A DNA stretch of 64,000 nucleotides. It comes from an uncultured Spirochaetota bacterium (GTDB lineage Bacteria > Spirochaetota > Spirochaetia > SZUA-6 > Fen-1364). The notes beneath the pieces were generated by a model. That model did not search any database. It was given only the letters and a program-made list of their open reading frames with translations, and had not been told where the DNA came from. Numbering within the stretch: position 1 is the stretch's first letter; every line of letters starts with the position of its first letter. Position numbers and translations under genes: made by a program. Location: contig CAWAHW010000004.1 in assembly GCA_963781885.1 (NCBI GenBank), positions 384,001 to 448,000 of the forward strand. Direction: 5' to 3'. Shown one piece after another: positions 39,992-49,425 of the stretch.

Positions 39992-42416
39992 ATTCGAACT
40001 CCTACAATGAACTGGGGCTTGAAAACCAACTGGGAATCGCTGTACCCCGCGATGCCGGAGGAAAGCCACGGTGTGAGGATCGGCATGGACACACCCGCGT
40101 TCACGGAGAGACCGCCGAAGAGCGGAAGCCCTGCAACGGCGTGCAGGCGCGGGTAGACATCGCCGGAGAATGCCGTGCTCGTATCCGCGGCGCCGGTGCG
40201 ATCCTGGACGATGGAAAGATCGTAATCGAGATAGAATGGACCGATGGTGGAGCTTCCGCCGACGCCCAGGCCGATGTTCCAGTCCGTGGTCCCGGGCTGC
40301 CATCCCGCGGTGAACGTCGTGTACAAGTGCTTCGTGCCCAGTGAGAAACCGACGATCGACAGCCCGTTCATGTCGATCCACATGTCAAGGTCGTGCCGGC
40401 CGCGGCCTTCAATGGAGATCAGCCCGATGGGGATGCCGTCGATCTGATCGGAGAGATTCACCAGCCCCACCTGCGTGCCGGTGATGTGACGGGCGATATT
40501 TACCAGACCGACCTGGACGCTCGCGCTGTCGGCGACATTGATGAGGCTGATCTGCGGCCCCGCGATCGCGCCGCCCACGTTGCCGATGCCCGCCACTTGC
40601 GCGCCCTGTACGCCGACGGCCCCCAGATTGAAGATGCCCGCCACCTGCGCGCCCTGCACGCTGCCCGTCGTCCAGTTGAGGATGCCGGCCGCCTGCGCGC
40701 CTTTCACGTCGCCGCTGGTCCAATTGACGATGCCCGCCAGTTGTGCCCCGGTCACCGGGCCCAGAGAAATGTTGGCAAGACCGCCCGCCTGTGCGCCGGA
40801 CACGCCGCCGCTGATATTCACGAGACCCGCCGACTGGAAGAAGCGCGCCTCGCCGCCCAGGTAATTGACCATGCCGGCCGCCTGGAAACCGGAGAGCGAG
40901 CCTTGCACGACATTGAAGAGACTCGCGGCCTGGAAACCGGAGACGTCGCCGGACTCGATATTGCCGAATCCGCCGACCTCGAAGCCGTGGAGGGAACCAG
41001 ACGTTCCAATGAGAAGGTTGATCGAGACAATGCGATCCGCGCGCGCGTCAGGCCCCAGGAGGAAGTCAGGGATCAGCGACAGGTGGAAAGCCTGCACGCG
41101 GGGGGCCGCCTCCGCTTCCTGATCACCGGTGGGCGTCGCCGGCGCGGCGGTCTTCTTCGGTGCCGGCGCGACAGGCGCCGCCGCGGCGGCCGCGGCCGCG
41201 GTGATGGCCGCGCTCACGGCATTGCCGACTGCCTGGCCTGCCTTGCCGAATGCAGAGCCCACCGCGGCGCCGACTGCGGCGCCGATCACGGTGGCGGCGT
41301 CCGGTGCGCTTGCAACCTGCCCGGTCGGGGAGCCGCCCGGCGCCTGGTCGTTGCCGTCGCCGCGCGCAACAGCCGGGTCAAGCGACACCGGGTGCATGCC
41401 CGCAAGCGTCAGCGTGGCAGGCTGCCGGCCGGTCACGTGCAGATCGGCGGCAAGCCGCGCGCTCTTGGTGTCGAGCACGGCGGAATACGTGCCCGGCTCC
41501 AGCCCGAGATCGATGCTCTGGCCGTACTGCTTGTTCAGCTCCACGGCGAGATTCCCGTCCGAATCGCGCAGGTAGAGCCTTCCCGCGACGTCCTCCGCCA
41601 CGACAAGCCGCGCGCCGGACTGCCGCAGGTCGGTGAGCACCAGGTCGCCTGACCCCGAGAGATTGATGTCATAGGCGGGATGCTGCGGCCCGTACTGGGT
41701 TTTCTCCGTGGAAGCAAGCGTCTCCTGGAAGGCGTAGGTGTAGGCTTCGTTGAGGGTCACGATGCCGTCCCCCGCCGTGTCGGCGGCGCCGCGCATGGCG
41801 GAGATGAGGAAATGGGTGAAATACGACGAGCCGATGCGATCCGATTCCTGCGCCGCCTCCTCCGCGGAGGCAGAGGTGAGGAATGCGTGACCGGTCATGT
41901 CCGCGGACGCGTCGAAGAGGAATGCCGGCCGCGCGACCCCGCCCTTCGCCCGAGTGAGCGAGCCGGAAGAGCAGGAGTCGAGGATGGCGATCTTCACGTC
42001 CGCCGGGATGTCATTGATCTGGTTGCGCAGGTCATCCCACGCGACCCGGTCCTTGCCGAGGATGAGCCCGTCGTCGTCCGAATGACCGGAATAGTAGAAA
42101 ACGAGCTCGCGTCGTTCATCCAGCTCCCGCGGCGAGCCAATCATCTGGCGGATGCGCTGGAGGGCGTCCTCGAAGCGCTCGAGTGTCGGGCTGGAGACGA
42201 GCACGAGGTCCTGCGGCCGCACGCCTCCGAGATCCTGCATGACCGCGGCAAAGGCGCGCGCGTCGCTCTCCGCGTAGCGGAGCTTCACGAGAGCGTCCCC
42301 CCGTCATTGGAGCCCGTGACGAAGGCAAAACGCCGCAGGGGCACCGGCGTGTCCGCCGCGGCAGTCCACGCGATAGCACCCAGGAGGACAAGAACCAAAA
42401 GTTTCCGCATTTTCAT
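39988..42416 (-). CDS. Secreted caspase-family (peptidase C14-like) protein with beta-helical surface repeats (apparent 1-nt deletion at 42297-42302)
   Basis: Signal peptide + RRFAFVTGSNDGG joins LVKLRYAESDA in the next frame; catalytic dyad YYSGHS and ILDSCSSG; AQESDRIGSSYFTH; later GxQxxGxxN repeats. Confidence 0.85.
40415..40986 (-). repeat. Coding repeats of about 13-15 aa, G[AF]Q[AVL]AG[IL][VF]N (LA_2272-like surface repeat)
   Basis: GFQAASLFN, GFQAAGMVN, GAQAGGLAN, GAQLAGIVN, GAQAAGILN, GAQVAGIFN, GAQVAGIGN, GTQVGLVN. Confidence 0.8.
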
Positions 42417-42420
42417 GACG

Positions 42421-43209
42421 TTATCCTTGCTTGCCCAGGACGAATGAGTACTGTCCCAGACCGGGGGGAAGGGAGAGCGTGGCGCGGTCGGCGGTCGACC
42501 CCTGTGCCGCCAGCGCGCGTGCGTTCCGCTCGATGACCGTGACGTCGAAAGGAGAGGCACCGTAGACGAGGAAGAAGCGCTCGAATCGGGGGGCATCGTC
42601 CAACTCATAGGCCGCGGGAAGGATCACGAGGCCGCGACTGTCCAGCGCCGGCGCCGTGCGGGCGCCGCCTGCATACCCCGCGGGCAGGTGCCAGGTGAGC
42701 GTGCCGCGTCCATCAATGGAGAAGATCACGCCGTACTTCGCGTCGCCGGCCGCGTAGCTCACCTGCAGGAGGTCGCCGCGTCGGGCAACGGAACCGGGCC
42801 TGAGCTCCTCAGAAACCCCCCCGGCCGTCTTGCGGAAAACGGTGAGGTGAGTGGAGAATCCCTTGAGGCGCGTTTCATCCGGCCGCAGCATGGTCACGGA
42901 AAGCGTGAGCGCGATGAGGATGGTGGCCGCGATGGGCAACGCCCAGAGGGGCCCGACCCGGCGGCGCGGCCGCGCCCTACCCGCCCCTTCCCGCAGCATC
43001 CTTTCGCGGATGCGGGGAACGAGCTGCTCCGGCGGATAAGAGGCCAGGATTTCCGCATCGGAGTCCCGCAGAGCGGCAAGCCTCGTCCTTAAATTGGCGT
43101 CCACGGCGAGCATCGCGCGCACGGTGCGCTCCGCATCGGCCGGAAGCTCGCCGAGCGCATACTGTTCGAGCATCAGGTCGGATATCGTCCTTTTTTGCTC
43201 CATGTTCAT
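42421..43209 (-). CDS. Putative transmembrane anti-sigma factor with an extracytoplasmic beta domain
   Basis: N-terminal ISDLMLEQYALGEL (ZAS-like, without HxxxCxxC), single TM, RLKG motif, LPAAYELDDAPRFERFF; ATGA overlap with the sigma gene. Confidence 0.75.
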   Translation of the reverse strand: MNMEQKRTISDLMLEQYALGELPADAERTVRAMLAVDANLRTRLAALRDSDAEILASYPPEQLVPRIRERMLREGAGRARPRRRVGPLWALPIAATILIALTLSVTMLRPDETRLKGFSTHLTVFRKTAGGVSEELRPGSVARRGDLLQVSYAAGDAKYGVIFSIDGRGTLTWHLPAGYAGGARTAPALDSRGLVILPAAYELDDAPRFERFFLVYGASPFDVTVIERNARALAAQGSTADRATLSLPPGLGQYSFVLGKQG

Positions 43210-43685
43210 GCCTCCTCCAGGGAACGGGTGCGCTCCCGGAGCTGTCGGAGGCGTTTTCGCACCCCCGACACGGAGAGCCCCACCTGGCCGGCCACCTCTT
43301 CCAGTGTCATGCCGTCCACATAGTGCAACACCGCCATGGTGCGGGTGGAGACCCTCTCGCGGCTGAAAATTCCATCGATTGTCGTGCGGTCAAGCGCGCG
43401 CGTCTCCACGTCCTCCGCGGAGGCGATGCGCTCCAGAGTTTCCTCACCGGTGGTCTGCGGGCGACGGTGGCTCGTGCGGATCATGTTGATGCAGACATTG
43501 GTTGCGATGGTATAGAGCATGCTGGACGGCGCCCGGTCATTCAGGCTGTCCTGGTAGCGCAGAAGCTTCACAAACGTCTCCTGCATCGCGTCCTGCGCCT
43601 GCTCTTCATCGACGAGCAGCCGCCGGCACCGACGGAGCACCATGGGTCCGTATTTCCTGTAGAGGGCATCGACGTCGAGCGCCAC
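43206..43685 (-). CDS. ECF RNA polymerase sigma factor
   Basis: 159 aa; region 2 AQDAMQETFVKL...LYTIATNVCIN; region 4 YVDGMTLEEVA...SVSGVRKRL. Confidence 0.92.
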   Translation of the reverse strand: MALDVDALYRKYGPMVLRRCRRLLVDEEQAQDAMQETFVKLLRYQDSLNDRAPSSMLYTIATNVCINMIRTSHRRPQTTGEETLERIASAEDVETRALDRTTIDGIFSRERVSTRTMAVLHYVDGMTLEEVAGQVGLSVSGVRKRLRQLRERTRSLEEA

Positions 43686-43795
43686 CAGATTCTCCCGCTC
43701 ATCTCAAACTATAACACGGAAACCGTGCCGAAGTGACACTCCGCTGTTCTCACGGTGTTCCACGGGGCGTGAAACGACACGAAGGAGACTTTCCG

Positions 43796-44380
43796 ATGAA
43801 AGCGAAGATCCTCATTCTCACTCTGGTCATCGCGGCCCTCGGGGCACCTTGCTTTGCGAGCGCCGTGCACGTGACCGCCGACCTTACCGCGGACTTCGCG
43901 ACGGGCGCGTCCGCGCAACAGATCATATCCACATTCACCGACGGCAGCCAGCCCGCGCTCGGTGGATTCGGATGGGAAGCGATCCTCGGCCGCATGGGAT
44001 TCGGCGGCGACTACGAGGTGGACTTTCACAAGGACGCCGCGGCGGCGTGGTGGCTGGACTGGTACGCACCGGCCCTGTACCTCAGCCTGCACCCCGTGGG
44101 CGCCAATCATTTCCTGGATCCGTTCATCCAGGTCGGGTTCGGCTGCGCGGGCCGCGTCTTCCTGCAGGGCATGAGCGCCCCCGACTTCAACGACCAGCTC
44201 ATGCTTTCCCTTTTCCCGTTTGCCGCCGTCGGTCTCGGGCTGAACCTCGACGGGCTCCTCATTTCCGCCAAGGTGAACTGGACGCCGTACAACATTGAGA
44301 TACCCGTGACGAATATCCCCGTCTACCCCCTGGGCACAATCCAGGTGACGCTGACGGCCGGGCTTTCCCTCGGCTGGTAA
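43796..44380 (+). CDS. Secreted putative outer-membrane beta-barrel protein
   Basis: Signal peptide, AAGGAG RBS, amphipathic strands, C-terminal VTLTAGLSLGW. Confidence 0.7.
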   Translation: MKAKILILTLVIAALGAPCFASAVHVTADLTADFATGASAQQIISTFTDGSQPALGGFGWEAILGRMGFGGDYEVDFHKDAAAAWWLDWYAPALYLSLHPVGANHFLDPFIQVGFGCAGRVFLQGMSAPDFNDQLMLSLFPFAAVGLGLNLDGLLISAKVNWTPYNIEIPVTNIPVYPLGTIQVTLTAGLSLGW

Positions 44381-44468
44381 CCGGCAGGACCGCCCGGCGC
44401 CGCCGCCTCCGCGCCGTTGGGGTTTCCACTCCCCCGACGGACGTGCTACGGTGCGCGCGGAGGCGGGC

Positions 44469-45702
44469 ATGGGCGCAACATTCGTCGGGTTTGGCTTCGG
44501 CCCCATCCAGACGGGACTGATGCTCTATGAGGCGATCGCTTCGGGCAGCTTCGATCGTTTTGTCGTCGCGGAAGTGGACCAGGGTCTCGTCGACGCCGTG
44601 CGCGCGGCAGACGGCGCAGTATCGATCAACATCGCCGGCCGCGCCGGCATCAACGTGGCTGCTCTGCCCGGGCTCGAGCTCTACAACCCCCGCGACGCCG
44701 GGGACAGGAAGGCGATCGTCGCGGCAATCAGTGACGCCACGGAGCTCGCCACGGCAATACCCAGCGTTGATTTCTATATCGCCGGGGGAGAGTCCTCCAT
44801 TGCCCGCAATGATCGCCGCCGGGGCCTCCGACGGGCGACAGCGCATTGTCTACACCGCGGAGAACAACAATTTCGCCGCCGAGATCCTCCACGAGGCGGT
44901 GCTGAAATGCGCTCCCGGGAGAGGCTTCGAAGACCTGCAGATCCTCAACACCGTCGTCGGCAAGATGAGCGGCGCGGTCTCATCGGCGGCGGAGATGAAG
45001 AGACTCGGCTTGGCGCCGCTCGTGCGCGGTTTCGAGAAATGTGTCCTCGTGGAGGAGTTCAATCGCATCCTCATCACGCGCATCAGACTGCCCGGCTTCT
45101 CCCGCGGAATCCGCGTCTTCGAAGAGAAGAACGACCTGCTTCCTTTCGAGGAAGCGAAGCTCTTCGGGCACAACGCCGTGCACGCGGTGCTCGGCTACCT
45201 CGCGTGGCTGCGCGGCCACGACGTCATGAGCAGGATCGGCGCCGACCCGGAGCTCCTCGGCTTCGGCCGCGACGAGCTTCTCCACGAGTCGGGTGCGGCC
45301 CTGCGCGCGAAGCATGGCGGCACCGGCGACCCGCTTTTCACCGAGGCCGGCTACACGTCCTACGCGGACGATCTCCTGGGACGCATCATCAACCCGTGGC
45401 TTCTCGACCGGGTGGAGCGCATCATCCGCGACCCGCGAAGGAAGCTCGGGTGGAATGACCGTCTTTTCGGCACGATGCGCCTCGCCCTGGAGCATGGCAT
45501 CGAGCCGCGCCGGGTCGCCCTCGCGGCCGCCGCAGCGGTCGAGTTCGCGCGCGAATCGGCGAGAAGCGACGCCGCGCCGCGCGCCTTGTTGCAGGGGCTC
45601 TGGGGAAAAGGAGCCGAAGGGCCCGCCGCCGAAAGATGCATCGCACTCGTGGAGGAGGCGCGACCCGCGCTTCCGGGATGGCGGCGCTCCCGCACCGATT
45701 GA
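44469..45702 (+). CDS. Mannitol/mannitol-1-phosphate dehydrogenase-like oxidoreductase (apparent 1-nt insertion at 44803-44805)
   Basis: FVGFGFGPIQ Rossmann start; AENN, EAKLFGHNAVHA, NPWLLDRVERIIRDPRRKLGWNDRL in the second frame. Confidence 0.75.
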
Positions 45703-45735
45703 CCGATATTCCGCATCGGCCCGATGGGGCCGCTG

Positions 45736-47238
45736 CTATCCCAGTCCTTCGAGCACCTCTGACGGGTAGCCCAGCAGCCGGAGGAGCTTGATGGCATTCC
45801 CCGCCTCCACGATCCCGTCGTGGAGCACGTAGTCGAACTGCAGTCCTTCCTCCTCCACGCGGTGCGTGAAATGGACGTTGTTGTAAACCCCCTCGAGGTC
45901 CGCGGCAATGGCGCGGTCATGGGTGGCGGCCACCACGCGGCAATTCAACCGCGCAAGGTATCTCAAGATGCTGATGGAGGCGGCGATGCGCTCCTCCGAG
46001 TTGGTGCCGGAGAGTATCTCGTCGATGATGACAAGCGCGGGATGGCGGCCGCGCGCCGCGCTCAGGATGTCCAGGAGGCGCCGCGCCTCCACCAGGTAGT
46101 GGCTTTCCGACGCGAGGATGTTGTCGCGGTTGGTGATCGACGTGATCGTGAAGAACGCGGGACCGCGCATGCGGCGCGCGAATGCCATGCAGAGCGTGCC
46201 CGCAAGAATCTGGTTCACGCCGAGCGTCCGCAGGAATGTTGATTTTCCCGACATGTTGGAGCCGGTGACCACCACGCCTTGCCTGTCCATGCGCAGGGAG
46301 TTGGGCACGGGCTCGGCAAGCAGGGGATGGACGAGCGCGTCCGCCTCGAAGGCTTCCGCCGTCTCCGGCGTGGAGAGGCCCGGAAAGTCTTCGCGCATCG
46401 CCGCCGCTGCCTGCAAGGCGTCCACGCCGCCCACGAGGCCATAGACGCGCGAGATGTCATCCATGCGCTTGACGATCTCATTGTGGACGAAGAAATAGGT
46501 CGTCACCTCTTGGAGAAAGAACTGCCGGATGTATTCGACGAACATCGCGAGGATGTCCCCGGAAAATCCCGACGGGGTCATGAGGAGCGCGGTGCGGCTG
46601 CGCAGCTTCCGCAGACTGTTTGAAAGCTCCGCGAGCTCGCGGAGCTCCGTTTCGATCTCCGAAATGGGCATGCGGGAGATCCTGTTGCCCGCCGCGAGCA
46701 GACGGTGCAGGTATTCGTAGGAGGGAGACTCGACGATCACCGTCGCTTTGAACTTGTAGTGGATGACGAGGTTCGTGATGCCGATTGCGGCGAGGATCAG
46801 GAAACCGGGGATACCCAGCAGGAACGGCGCGGCGATCGAGAGCACCGCGATGGTGCTGAGCGCCAGGTACAGGTAGCGCCGGCGGTCGGGGATGCCCGCG
46901 CGCCGCACCGCCAGAAACTGGTAGATCTCGCCGGATCGTTGCGCGCCAAGACGCGTGAGCGCGCGCCGCAGCCTGCGGCAATGCGCGGGTTGGGCAAGGA
47001 GCCCCGCAATCCGTGCGGCCCGTCCCGCGCGCGTCTCTTCATCGAAAAGCGGACGGCGCAGCATGTCGTACAGGACGGCCTGGCCCACGGTGGACTTCGT
47101 GCGATCGAGCTTCAGGAAGACATCGTCCATGTCCAGGTCGTTCCAGGTCCGGTCGTCGATCCGCGGCGTGTCCTCGGCATCGGTCCGCTCCCTGAAATAG
47201 CAGGAGATGAAATCCCACTTCCTGTGTTCTACCGGCAT
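45736..47238 (-). CDS. MutS-like ATPase (domain V) with TM segments
   Basis: TWNDLDMD, HPLL, TGSNMSGKSTFLRT, IDEILSGTNSEER, ATHD, FDY; hydrophobic pair near aa 120-160. Confidence 0.85.
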   Translation of the reverse strand: MPVEHRKWDFISCYFRERTDAEDTPRIDDRTWNDLDMDDVFLKLDRTKSTVGQAVLYDMLRRPLFDEETRAGRAARIAGLLAQPAHCRRLRRALTRLGAQRSGEIYQFLAVRRAGIPDRRRYLYLALSTIAVLSIAAPFLLGIPGFLILAAIGITNLVIHYKFKATVIVESPSYEYLHRLLAAGNRISRMPISEIETELRELAELSNSLRKLRSRTALLMTPSGFSGDILAMFVEYIRQFFLQEVTTYFFVHNEIVKRMDDISRVYGLVGGVDALQAAAAMREDFPGLSTPETAEAFEADALVHPLLAEPVPNSLRMDRQGVVVTGSNMSGKSTFLRTLGVNQILAGTLCMAFARRMRGPAFFTITSITNRDNILASESHYLVEARRLLDILSAARGRHPALVIIDEILSGTNSEERIAASISILRYLARLNCRVVAATHDRAIAADLEGVYNNVHFTHRVEEEGLQFDYVLHDGIVEAGNAIKLLRLLGYPSEVLEGLG

Positions 47239-47244
47239 GGGGAG

Positions 47245-47273
47245 ACTGTACGGGCCCCGCGCCTGCCGATCAA
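47245..47273 (-). promoter_or_regulatory. Promoter giving a probable leaderless mRNA
   Basis: Minus strand TTGATC-N17-TACAGT, 6 nt before ATG. Confidence 0.6.
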
Positions 47274-47299
47274 GTCAGCCAGACCGGCCAGGGAGCACG

Positions 47300-47597
47300 A
47301 ATGCCACGGACTACCGTGGCCGGCGTGGCCGCGGCTCTCGCCGCGCCAGCGCGGCTGCCGCCCTCCGCACGGAGTACAAATGCCACGGACTGCAAATGCC
47401 ATGGAGTACCCTGGCCGGCGTGGCCGCGGCTCTCGCCGTCTGCTTCGCAGCCGGCTGCCGCCCTCCGCGCCGCTTCGCGTTGCTACGAAAATGCCACGGG
47501 CTACGTGGCCGCGGCTCTCGCCATCTGCTTCGCAGCCGGCTGCCGCCCTCCGCGCCGCTTCGCGTTGCTACGAAAATGCCACGGACTACCGTGGCCG
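47300..47597. repeat. Tandem array of about 85-bp palindrome-rich units (about 3.5 copies)
   Basis: 47419-47499 and 47504-47584 are identical at 80 of 81 nt; recurring GCCACGG-ACTA-CCGTGGC core. Confidence 0.9.
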
Positions 47598-47599
47598 CC

Positions 47600-47628
47600 T
47601 TGACCGCACGCGGCGCTGACCCTACTAT
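47600..47628 (+). promoter_or_regulatory. pyk promoter, probable leaderless mRNA
   Basis: TTGACC-N17-TACTAT, 7 nt before ATG at 47636; no SD. Confidence 0.7.
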
Positions 47629-47635
47629 GGCCGCC

Positions 47636-49402
47636 ATGCGCAAAACGAAGATCGTGTGCACGCTCGGGCCTGCCAGCGAGGACGTCGGAGTGCTTGCACA
47701 GCTGATCGGGGCGGGCATGAATGTCGCCCGGTTCAACATGGCCCACGGGACGTACGACTACCATTCGGAAATGATCAGGAAGGTCCGCGAAGCAAGCACC
47801 ACGACGGGAACGCCGGTTGCCCTGCTCATCGATATCAAGGGGCCCGAGATCCGCACGGGCAACGTGGTCGGCGCGGATTCGATCGACGTTCCCACGGGCG
47901 CCGAGGTGAGCGTGGTCGTCGACGACTCCCCCTGCACCGCGCAGAGGCTCAGCATCAGCTATCGCGACCTGCCTGACCAGGCCGTTGCCGGCCAGCACAT
48001 CCTCATCGCCGACGGCCTCATCGATCTGGAGGTCCTGCGCGTGGAAGGCAAAGCCGTGATCTGCGCGGTACGGGCCGGCGGGTCCATGGGATCGCACAAG
48101 AACGTGAACATCATCGGCATCAAGAGCCGTCTGCCCGCGGTGACGGAGAAGGACATCGAGAACCTGCACTTCGCGGTGCGGGAAGACATGGACTTCGTCG
48201 CCGCCTCCTTTGTGCGCAAGCCGGCGGACGTCCTGGAGATACGGCAGATCCTGCGCGCCGCCGGCTCGCGCATGCACATCATCGCGAAGATCGAGGACCA
48301 GGAGGGCGTCGCGAACATCGACGGCATCATCCGCGTCTCCGACGGCGTGATGATCGCGCGGGGCGACCTCGGGGTGCAGATCGCCACGGAGGAGGTCCCG
48401 CTCGTACAGAAGCGGATCATCCTCAAGTGCCACGACCAGAACAAGGCCGTCATCACCGCCACCCAGATGCTCGATTCCATGATCCACAACCCGCGCCCCA
48501 CGCGCGCCGAGACAACCGACGTCGCGAATGCCATCTTCGACGGCTCCAACGCCGTCATGCTGTCGGGGGAGACGGCGAGCGGGAAATACCCGCTGGAGGC
48601 GGTGCAGGTCATGGCGTCCATCGCCGGGACGGTGGAGGGCTCCCCGGAATACGAATCGCGCGTGCGGCGCTTCTTCCGCCTGGACGACATCGGCGAGGAC
48701 ACGGCGCAGGCCGTCACGCGCAGCGCCTTCCTCGTGGCGCGGGAGATCCGCGCATCGGCGATCATCGCGCCCACCCTGCACGGCAACACACCGCGCATGA
48801 TCAGCAAGTACCGCCCCTCGCAGCCCATCATCGCGGTGACGCCGTCGGAATCCGTCGTACGGAGGCTCCTCCTCTACTGGGGGGTGCAGCCGCTTCTCTG
48901 CGACCTTGCCGACAACTCCGACATGATGCAGAACAACGCGCTCGCCGCGGCGCTCGCGCGCGGCCTCGTGAAAAAGCATGAGAAGGTGGTGATCCTCGCC
49001 GGCGTTCCGCTGCACTCCCCCGCCATGCTCAACACCATCAAGGTGCATTTCGTCGGCACCGTGCTCGCCAAGGGCGAGCGGGGTTTCGGCGGCTACCGAT
49101 CGGGCAGGATCGTGCGCGTGCTGGATTCGCTGGACGCCGAGTTGCGCCTGAAGCACGACGGCACCGAGATACTGGTCGCGCGATTCCTGACACCCGACTT
49201 CCTGCCCCTTCTCAAGGGTCTGGGCGGCATCATCCTCGAAGAATCCTCCTACCTGAGCCCCGAGCAGATCCTCAGCATGACACCGGACGTGGCGGCCGTC
49301 GGGAGCGTACCGGGAGCCATGACGCAGTTGGAGGATGGATTCACCGTGACCGTGCACGGCGAGGAGAATGTCATCTACGAAGGAATCATCGGCGGCACGT
49401 AG
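47636..49402 (+). CDS. pyk: Pyruvate kinase with a C-terminal PEP-utiliser swivel-like extension
   Basis: RKTKIVCTLGPAS, DIKGPEIRTG, IAKIE, MIARGDLG, ATQMLDSM, MLSGETA. Confidence 0.95.
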   Translation: MRKTKIVCTLGPASEDVGVLAQLIGAGMNVARFNMAHGTYDYHSEMIRKVREASTTTGTPVALLIDIKGPEIRTGNVVGADSIDVPTGAEVSVVVDDSPCTAQRLSISYRDLPDQAVAGQHILIADGLIDLEVLRVEGKAVICAVRAGGSMGSHKNVNIIGIKSRLPAVTEKDIENLHFAVREDMDFVAASFVRKPADVLEIRQILRAAGSRMHIIAKIEDQEGVANIDGIIRVSDGVMIARGDLGVQIATEEVPLVQKRIILKCHDQNKAVITATQMLDSMIHNPRPTRAETTDVANAIFDGSNAVMLSGETASGKYPLEAVQVMASIAGTVEGSPEYESRVRRFFRLDDIGEDTAQAVTRSAFLVAREIRASAIIAPTLHGNTPRMISKYRPSQPIIAVTPSESVVRRLLLYWGVQPLLCDLADNSDMMQNNALAAALARGLVKKHEKVVILAGVPLHSPAMLNTIKVHFVGTVLAKGERGFGGYRSGRIVRVLDSLDAELRLKHDGTEILVARFLTPDFLPLLKGLGGIILEESSYLSPEQILSMTPDVAAVGSVPGAMTQLEDGFTVTVHGEENVIYEGIIGGT

Positions 49403-49425
49403 CCGCCGATGACGTAAAGATCGCG

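Noticed and set aside
47300-47597. Possible CRISPR array
   Set aside because: The sequence between palindromic cores is itself repeated almost identically, so there are no unique spacers, and no cas genes are in the window.
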